Below the pieces are notes generated by a model that worked only from the letters and a program-made list of their open reading frames with translations, searched no databases and was not told the origin of the DNA. This document shows positions 37,199-47,175 of a DNA stretch of 64,000 nt, in pieces. A program made the translations under genes and the position numbers. The stretch is taken from contig CM097886.1 of the NCBI GenBank assembly GCA_044892525.1, forward strand, positions 19,282,001 through 19,346,000. Reading direction: 5' to 3'. This stretch comes from Schmidtea polychroa (lineage: Eukaryota). Positions within the stretch are counted from its first letter, which is position 1, and every line of letters starts with the position of its first letter.

Positions 37199-39221
37199 CA
37201 GTGGCGTATCTAGGGTTCACGGCGCCCGGGGCAAAACTTAAAATTGCGCCCCTCTCCACGTGAATTTTTTCTTTTCCTTATTATTGGTATATTATTTTTG
37301 CACTAAAGTGACATTTCTTTTTTAAGAAAAAAAAATTATTATTTAAAAAAAATCAAAAATTTTCACTCTTTAAAATTGATTTGCAGCAGTTTTAAAAAAA
37401 ATTAATTTTATTTTGCAACAAGTTAGTTTTAAACTTTATTTATTGTAATAATTTACAAACAAATTTTTCGTGCTTTAACACTTGCGAACTTGTCAATGAC
37501 ATCATCAAAGTTAATTTTGTTCACAGTGTTTTTCTCAATACTTAATAATGCCAAATTATTTAAACGTTCTTCACTCATTGTTGCTCGAAGATATGACAAA
37601 ATTAATTTTAATTTGCTAAAGGAACGCTCGCATGTTGAAACAGAAACACCAATTGTCAAAAGAATTTGCAATGAAATTCTTAAATTTGGGAAAACATCTT
37701 CACCATAAGATATTAAAAATTTTAAAAGATCTATAGGTGATTTTGGAATTTCATCTTTTCGAGCATTAAGAAGCATTTTACAGTCAGTAACTTCATTGCA
37801 TAGTTCGTTTTCATCAATATCTGAATTGTAAAATTTTCCCAAATTTGAACATTTTTCTTTTAATTTAGCAGGATCATGGCAATTTAGAAAATTTTCAGTG
37901 TCAAGGAAATATCCAAAATTTTCGTTCAATGAATTAAGGCGAGTAAATCGAGTTTTTAATTCTTGAATTAATCAATCAACTGAGCATTTCAACACACGAT
38001 CTAACTCTTGTTCAGCAGTCAAACCAGAATCAGTCATTTTTTCACCTAATCTAATTTTTATACGTCGCACTCTTTTCTTTATTTCAACGCCCCATTCAAA
38101 ACACTTTTTTTTACCTGCTTCAATTGATTGAATGCATAGATCTTCAAGAAATTGCTGCATATGTATGCTTAATCCTTGTAAATCATCGGAGGCATCTTTA
38201 AAATTAATTTTTGGATCTTGCATTCGTTTTTGTACACGATCAATTTTCTCGAGAACGTGATGCCAAAAATTTATCAAAACCAGAAAATTAAAATTCAATA
38301 TATTTTGCAATAAATTGTATGATTCGCTTCTTGTGTCAGATGTTTGATTGAAATCATCAGAAAGATCTTCAATTAATTTCACAAGATTATCGATTCCAAT
38401 AAAAATTGCTTTTACAGCTTCTGCTCGTGCACTCCATCGTGTTGTTGATTCACGTTTTACAGTCAAAGGAACGATTGGTTGATCTTGAAAAAAATAAATA
38501 AATTTGTTCAATTACACCAAAAAAAGTTAGCATTATGGGATTAGTTTGAACAGAATGTAATCCTGCAAGATTTAAACTATGATTATCGCAGTTAATAAAC
38601 ACTGCGCGAGGGTTCAATTTGGTAATTCTTTGTTGCAATCCAGAAACATGACCAGCCATAACTGCCGCATTATCATAACATTGCGATCGACAGTCCGAGA
38701 GTTGTAATCCATCGGTTTGTAATAATTTGAGTATAGTATTTTTCAGAGCTTCGGCATCTTTTTCAGCTAGCTCAATAAATCCCAGAAATGATTCCTTAAT
38801 TTCCACTGTTTTTTTATCAAAATCTATTTCAACGTGACGAATAACTTCTGAAAATTGTTCACGATGTTGTAAATCTGGAGTAGAATCAAATATCATGCCA
38901 AAGTATTTGCTTTTTTAATATTTTCAATCAAAACATTTCGAACTATTGAAGCTAAAAGGTGAATAAACTCATTTTGTATGCCTGGTGATAAATAAGATGT
39001 TGTTCCTGGATGTAAACGAGAATGTTCCATGTGACTTGCCAAAAGTGGATCATATTGCGCAATCAATTGTAAGAGACCCAGAAAATTACCTGGATTGCCT
39101 TCTGTATTCAACAAATTTTCATTATAACCACGTAATGCTAAATTATGAAATGCTAAGAATTTTATGCATGAAAGAAATCTTTTTAAAATTTCTCTCCATC
39201 GATCTTTTTCCAACAATATTT
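37199..39221 (-). mobile_element. 5'-deleted hAT element (hAT-C; DUF4371 plus dimerisation domain), frameshifted
   Basis: TIR CAGTGGCGTATCTAG at 37199; motifs LALRG, IFDSTPD, QCYDNAAVM, CDNHSLNL, TTRWSAR and CERSFSKLKLI spread over four ORFs; other end missing. Confidence 0.9.
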
Positions 39222-40994
39222 GAACGTAGCCTACGTTTTCTACATTGTTTTGATCATTTACATGATTAGAATTTCTATTGTATCGATAGAAATTCCCATG
39301 GTTTTGATTCGAAGTTCTTTGCAATCTCATCTCGTACTGATTCTGTTTTTGAAAACACTGAAAACTTAAATGACCTGCTTTACCACAACACGAACATCGA
39401 ATATTTGGGCATTCCCGACGAATATGACTAATTTCACGGAATGCTTAACATTGCATTTTTGAATATTGATCTGAACTTCGATTTTGATACCAGTTTCTAT
39501 TTTGATGTCTTTCACTGAAATTTATATTGACATTTCTTTGATAATCTGCTCGTCCTTCTTGGAATTGATTTCTTTGCAATTTTGAATATTCATTTTTGTT
39601 ATCACTTTGATTTCGCTGATTTCCATAATTATTTCTTTTCTCATTATTATTGTATCGACCGTTTTTCACAATTGATTTCGTATGAGGTATTTCCAACGGC
39701 TAAAACTTGTTGTATCTTCATCCATTTTCTGTAAAATTCTTTTAATATATTTATTTGCCATTGGATCTTTTTGTACTGGCTCTTCATCATTTCTTAAATC
39801 TTCTTTCGATAATTTACTTTCAGCAAATCTTCCGTAATTTCATATATTTTTATTTCACGCTTTTCTTCTTCATTATCAAGGCAATGTTTTAAGAAGAACG
39901 TTGTCAAATTTGACATTGTTAGCTTGTGCTTCAAGATTTTCTGAACACCTTTCTCAATCTTACTAATGTAAGTTTCTGCATCATCTTCTTTTTATCGATA
40001 ATTTAGCAACTTTTCCAAATCCTTAGCTAAATCCAACTTGTCTTCGAATGCTAATCTAAGCCTTTTCGCATAATCTTCTTTATCTGGAATTTTGTCATAT
40101 TTGTTGCGGCAATTTTCGTCCAAATAAGATTGAACAATTATATTTTTTTAATATTGTCTAGCTGAATAATTGAAAAGTATGATTCAATCTTCTCAATAAT
40201 TTCTTCCAAATCATATCCAATTGAATAGATTTTCGGTTGTGGGAGAATCCGTAATAATTCCTGGGTTGAAAACGTGGTCATGTAAAGAATAATTGATAAA
40301 TTCCAAAACATTTTATTTAAGAAATTGTCGACAGCAACACAATCAGCAATAGCTTTTTGGGAAATAATAATCAGTGACATAATTTGAGTACCCATACAAT
40401 CAAAAATAATAAATCACACATGCAGGTATTACATAATATAGGGTAAAGGTTAGGGAAATAAAATATCCCATTATAATTACATCACAGTAATAAAGGCAAT
40501 AATCATTAATCATTATAGATATAATATAGGTAATAATAATAATATCGATAATCCTAGAAATTCCTAAGTTATGGATGATAGCGAAAATTGTGATTATGCT
40601 ACTGCAAACAATGATAATAAATGATAATTATAATGATAATTGTTGTAAAGTTCGGTGGTTTATTCTTATCTAATTGAATTATAGTATTTATGTAACGTAT
40701 GGTTGCGTGTGTAATTGGAATGTAATTAGTATTTGTATGACGAGTGATACTATGTTATAAGAAGTTTGATGAACCCGATAGAGTCACCATTAAAAATTGT
40801 GAGGGGACAATCGGGTGCGTGTATGTATGAGTGCTTACAAAACTCAGATAAAAATGATTAATAACCAACAATATAATTAACAAACGTTTTATTAAATAAT
40901 AAAATTTATTCGACCTTTAATTTTCTTTTGTCCTGATTGATCGTTTGGTTGTTGGAGTTTACAAATGGTTTTATCTTGATTGTTGACTTTTTAT

Positions 40995-41348
40995 CTGAAA
41001 GTAGACTTTGGATATATCTTTTTATTCTTGTTATGATTGAATTGAATTAAATGGAAAACTGAAAGTAGACTTTCGAGATATCTTTATATTCTTGTTATGA
41101 TTGAATTGAATTAAATGTAAAACTGAAAGTTGACCTTTTAGATATCTTTATATTCTTGTTATGATTGAATTGAATTAAATGTAAAACTGAAAGTTGACCT
41201 TTTAGATATCTTTATATTCTTGTTATGATTGAATTGAATTAAATGGATAATTGAAAGTTGACTTCCGAAATTTCTTTATATTCTTGTTATGATTGAATTG
41301 AATTAAATGGATAATTGAAAGTAGAATTTGGGGATATCTTTATATTCT
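40995..41348. repeat. 64-bp minisatellite, about 5.5 copies, inside LTR X copy C
   Basis: Unit starts at 40995, 41059, 41123, 41187, 41251 and 41315 (CTGAAAGTAGAC...TTGTTATGATTGAATTGAATTAAATG...). Confidence 0.95.
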
Positions 41349-41632
41349 CTCTTAATTTTTTTTCGATTTGTCATTTTTGCTATAGTAAATTATCGCTATA
41401 TAGTTTTTTAAGACTTTTTATTTCAGGGCGTTGAGGGCGCCAAAACAGGAGTAAAAATAAAACTTAATCGAAGTTATGTTTTGGCTCATAATTATGATTA
41501 AAAATGTAAAATTCTACTACAATAATAAATAATAGAAATAGTAATTATAGAATTTACGAAAATAATAATAAGCAGGAAAATTATATCAATGAGCATAGCC
41601 ATAATAGTAGTAGTAAGGTAATACTACTACTA

Positions 41633-41710
41633 CTAATAATAATAATAATAATAATAATTATAATTATAATTATAATTATAATTATAATTATAAGAATTAT
41701 AATAATAATG
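41633..41710. repeat. Compound (AAT)n/(TAATTA)n microsatellite
   Basis: Direct reading. Confidence 0.85.
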
Positions 41711-44700
41711 ATATTGAAAATAACCCTAATATTATTTACATTAGTAATATTGGCTGTGAAGATAACAATAACACTACAATCATAAGAGTAATAATAATCC
41801 AAAAAGTGATGATATTCTCGTTAATATTCGAAAATTTATAAATAAACCTGACCAAAATTATAAATAGTGTTGGGGTTCAATAGGGACTAAGATAAGGAAA
41901 TAAAGAGATGTTAGGAAAGAAACAAAGATAAATTAAAAATAGTATTAAAAAATTACTTAAAGTAGAAAATAATTACTATAGTTAGAATTAAAATATAAAT
42001 AGCAATAAACAATTACTATATTTTGATTATTAATAAAAAATAGTAGTTAAATAAAAATACTTAGTAAAAATAGTAATTAAATAATTACTATTTATAGAAT
42101 AGATTAAATATAAATAATATAAATACTGTTACAAATTTTAAAAAGAGGAGACGAATAAAGATACGAAAAGAAAAGCGGTCAAGAAGGCTCACAATTAATC
42201 AATCAGATCAAATCTAAATATAACTGGACAAATAATGATAGCTTTAATTTTTATTGGAATATATTAGCTTGACAGTTATTTATCGACAATTAAAGAAACT
42301 GTTTGGAATTTTTTCAGTCGGAATAACCATTTCGTTTTATTTTATTTTCATCAATATTAATAAGAGATAAAAGAGGGGTAATCTTAGTTAGTTTACTAAT
42401 TTTTTATAGTTAAAATATTTATTCGATTTTAAATTATATATATATAAAGGGTCAAAGCGTCAGTACGCCTTTTGTTACTGTTGTTGTAAATCAAGTCTTA
42501 TCCGTTTCTGGGATTTAGACTATCGCGTTAAATTTACGGGTTCACTCCCATCTTTATCCTTGCACCTATATCGGACTGTTGACGCATTTAGGGCCAGATT
42601 TGATACTTAAAAATAACCTTTTGGACGGTTTGAAGAACCGTTATTTTAACTTTAGCGCAGCCAGTATTATTTGTTCTTTTTTCTAACAATATTGTGTAAT
42701 TTATTTAGATAAATAAGTATTTGGAAAAACTATATTATTACAAAACAAGATTTATAATTCCAGCTTCATAACATAACTTAGTCACATTCAAATTGTTAAT
42801 AATCACAATATAATAATTTTAATTAATCACATAGATACATGTATATTTATTCTGTATTTATTTGTTCCTATTACGTAATATTTAAGTTTCAAAATCTTCA
42901 GTGTTATTCCATCTTCTAATATATCATCTCTTTCTAATATTTAACCATAGATACATGATGCTGCTTCACGATGTTTAAAATTTTCAATTGTAGATTATCG
43001 AACTACTCTCGAAAATGCGAGAAGACTAGGAGAAGGCCGAACATCAAGTGGAGGCTTTTCAACGTAGAGTCACCAAGTTCAAGAGGCGGTGCCGGGAACT
43101 GGAAGGTACCTGGTTTAGCCATAGTAAGAAGAGAATCCAGCTCATTCAGCAACTGAACTACAGGCTACGCAGGATCAAATCAAGATCCGTGACCTCAAAA
43201 TACGTGTCCGGAAACTGGAAACGGACGTACACCAGAAAGATTTAGATTACGATGCGGCTGAACGGATCTGCACCGTGGGACAAAAGAAAACGATCGGGCC
43301 GGAATGCACGGAACCTTTTATAGGTGCTCCATCAGACGTCCCAGTGACTTACTGATAAGTTGGATACTGTAACTACTCAGGAAGCTCGAGACGGGTGAAT
43401 AGATCAACGTTTGTCCTGGAACTGACGGAATGTATTAAGTTTTACTGTGGTAAATTAAATATAGAAATGGATTAAGGCTTTTATCTTAAGCATTTTGGGT
43501 TAGTTCTTTTTATGCTGCGACTGTAGCAGTGAAGTTAGGAAAGGTTGACTCAAGAAAAATGATGATCAACATGAATGGTAGTAATAAGCTGAGGCATTGA
43601 AGGTGTACAAGGAACGAGATGAGTTATCGGGAGCACAATCTGACGACAGAGACCATGTAAAGCAGACACAAACCTTCTATCGGTAGTCCGTGGACCCAAG
43701 GAAGTGCTTGCCAATTATAGTGCGGGGATTCGTGCTCATATTTTGCTGGCACTCACCATCTTAACACATTACCAACGTTGATCGCTCAACGGGTATCAAG
43801 TGTAGCAAAAGACATTAAATTCTGGGTTACGCTAAAACAGCACGACAAGGTAAAATGTTTGGTTACCTGTAACCCACCAATAATGGGAATAATAATGATG
43901 ATGATACCAACAATGATACTGATGCCAATGATGATACTAAGTGCTAATAGTAAGATAAATGGTAATAAGGTAATATTGCTGATAGGTCCCTACATTTCAT
44001 TTTCACTCATTTGTAACGCAGAATATTGATTTTTCTAGAAGCCAGTGTGTTCATGCGTCAACTAAATTCTTCGCAGTCGTGTTGGTATCCCCACATCCAC
44101 GTATGAGTCTAAAAATATTAATTGAGTTCGACCGATGAACGTTAATGAGTGATGTTCGATGTTTGTTTTGGCACCACCTCTTGCTCTGATAAAAAATGTG
44201 ACATTGACTGTTCTGGCATTGAAAAGGAGGTGACGATGAGGACTCTGTTATTTTAGATGAAAAATTCATTTTCGTCTATTAAAATGTTTTGCTAGATCTT
44301 TTGTAAAAGTTGGGGTTACGCGGACTTGGTGCAAATGTTATTGTGAGAGACAGTGATGTTGCCCGTTTTCCTTTTAATTAAAGTTGGGTTTTTGGGTTTG
44401 TGAAATTGGGGAAATAAAATTATAACAAAATAATAATTAAACATTTCTAATATATAAATTTATTACATTCTTATATATAAATTTTAAAAAAGAAAAATGA
44501 ATGAATGCCTAAAGGACAATTATAGATGTAATTTTAACTTTTTTTACAGAAAAAAGAACATTTTCCTTTTGTCAGTTCTGACACTAATTGTAAAGAACCG
44601 AAACTACTTTGCATAAAAATTTTATTGAATACGACATTGAAAGCAATCATGGAAATATTTCCTCTAGCAGTCAATGTTCCCATTAAAGCATGGCCACTCG

Positions 44701-45727
44701 ATCTGGCGATTGTACTGAAATTGTTGATGAACTTGCATTTGGTATGTAGACTCTAGTTTCGTCCGATGTGAAAGTATTGGAATCTTTATCTGGAATAACT
44801 TTGCTTATTAACTCCTTTTGACTGAAAACGGATGGGTCAGACCTGTTTTCGTAACGAACTTTATCAGAAGAATCGCTAGAATCGCGAAATAGTATTTTAT
44901 GGAAAATTTCCTTGGTTGAATAGCTGTTGATGATCAAGCTCATCAACAAAGAGATCACAGCTAGGAAAACAAAGAATTCAGCTTATTGAATGCGTGATTC
45001 CCACATCCCGAATATACTTCTCGAGACAGACTTTCGCCTTACCACCTTGTGAGTTATTTCCAATGAAAACTTGACGCAATTGTAAAATTTGGCTTTTTCC
45101 TACTAAACAAATTCTAGCGAAGTCATACATGGAGTGTCATCCGTCTGGCCGAGCTGACAGTCATCCAGGTTTTCCACTGGTCGGGCTTTAGGTGTACCGA
45201 ACGGTCGTATCGGTTCCACCCGGATTCCGACTATTGAAAAACTTTAGGCTATCCTGTGGCCGTCAAATAGTGAGCAGCCTGTCGAAAACTATACTGTTGC
45301 ATGGTACAAGGGGCTGCCTGTACACAACCCTTATTTCTGCCATACTGATTTTCTAAAAGGCCACCATCACCATCCAATTTGGTAAATTTCAGAACCCGAA
45401 AAAGAAACTGCTTTAGGCATTCCCGCTGGTCTATTCGTTAGTCAGTTGGCAACTTTTATTTTTGGGCTTTCTCATAAAATCACGTAAAAATATCTGAATT
45501 GCAATAATATAAAGAATTATCTTCAAAGAAAAATTTATTTAAATGCTAAATTACTAAGAATCGATACATGATTGGATAACAATTACTTCAATGACATCAA
45601 AATAAAAATATAACCAATGTTACCTGTGAATGATTAAACAAAGTAATAATCATTGAATAATTTGTGTATATTTAACAAAGGATAAAGTTTTTGGTTTGGT
45701 TGTTCGTTTTTTAGGTTATTGAATGGC

Positions 45728-46146
45728 TGTTGGACCAGCCTATATATTTTTTTCCTCGACCAATCAGGTAAGGGCACGGCCTCATTGGCTCATGGCGAGT
45801 TTTGTTAATTCGATAAAACAATTTTGTCATTTATTTAATTTAATTTGTTTTATTTAATTTATCTAACTTTTATATAAGATTTTTAAATTAATTAATATGT
45901 GCTATTTTTAATTCTTTGTTTCTTTTTTACAATATGTTTCTATTTGTGACTTCTTACGTTATTAATTTTAATTATTTATGTTTTATTTTTTTATTAATTG
46001 TATGTTTAATTTATTGTTTAATTGGTGTTCTATTTATGATTTTTACTAGACTTTTTTGGGTATTTGTGATGTGTTGGCTTACTCCAATCAGTCTTAATTA
46101 TAATTTAATTAACCTAATTATTAATTAATGGCCTTCTGGCCCAACA
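45728..46146. mobile_element. Possible solo LTR with CCAAT/TATA-like boxes
   Basis: TGTTGG...CCAACA ends as at 17673-18089; several CCAAT/ATTGG boxes; no TSD found. Confidence 0.3.
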
Positions 46147-47175
46147 AAACATATTTTTTAAGTAGAGTTTTTTATTTTTAGCCCAACACTCAGCTTCCGT
46201 TGCAATCATAATATCACTTTAAAATTCTTCATTCCCTTTCTATCTAAATAAATATGATTTCTACTACTTATTCTAAAATTCAAATTGATTTATTATTTAG
46301 GTAATTATTTTTTTAATCGTCTATTTTTCGTTTTGTTCTTATCAGTTATTTTATTAACACCTTTTTATTAACTTGATGTCAGTCTTCTCTCGCACTCCTT
46401 TTTAGATAAATTTCGAAATCTTTGTACCTTAATGGATTGTGACCTACGATATGCTTAGGCGTACATATAATAATCTCGCATAAAGTCTGCAAATACAACG
46501 GGATCACCACCGTACTTTTTTCGAAATCAATGATCTGGGTATTATCCCGGACCATTTTAGATTACGTTTTCGGCTTCTCAGATTGTACTTTTTCATTTCT
46601 AAATCTCAAAAGATATATAAAAACGTATAAAAAGATATATAAAAATATCTATTCTGACTATCTGATTGGCTTTGCTGTGTCAGCTTTGGTTTTTTCACGT
46701 TTTACAATAATAATCACACCTTTTTCTTTATTCTTTAACAACTTGATCCTTTTATAATTATTTTAATTCTTTTCCTGTTTGAATAAAGATTATAATGAAT
46801 AATAAGTGTTCTGTTTTAGACAAGTCAGCAGTAACTGTATATTTTTTTCAGGATTTATAATCAATGTTTGCATTTTCTTAAAATTTTAATATTACCATAA
46901 TTTGATTCAGTTTACATTTTTTATTTTACAATTATTTTTAATTTAATATAGAACATTAAACAGTAATTACTCACTATTTTACAAACTCTTGATGGAAACT
47001 TTTACAATTATATATTTTAATTCATTTTTGCATTTTGTTTATTTGAATTCTTTCCTTTATATTGTAATATGAAAGTATTTCAAATTTATTAAAAATTAAT
47101 TAGTAATATAAAATTTTAATTTTTTCAATATTTGTTAATTTTGTAAAATTATATAAATTTGACCAGATTTTTTTA

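Larger units (their letters stand above)
36284..41521 (-). mobile_element. Decayed Gypsy element (Gypsy-B): LTR X copy C (about 40641-41521), gag, start of RT; hAT-C nested in gag
   Basis: Gag PKIYSIGYDLEEIIEKIESYF and LDENCRNKYDK..RLRLAFE, homologous to the gag at 52684-52992; zinc knuckle CSCCGKAGHLSFQC; the gag frame resumes beyond hAT-C (ENV|AAVYDD...APNREDMLGAIN); RT-start FSDIF..NKWDIGKTDILKHRIET..PIKWRRPY at 36284-36460. Confidence 0.8.

Noticed and set aside
40995-41348. Array as a CRISPR locus
   Set aside because: Contiguous 64-bp units with no unique spacers; eukaryotic LTR context; no cas genes.
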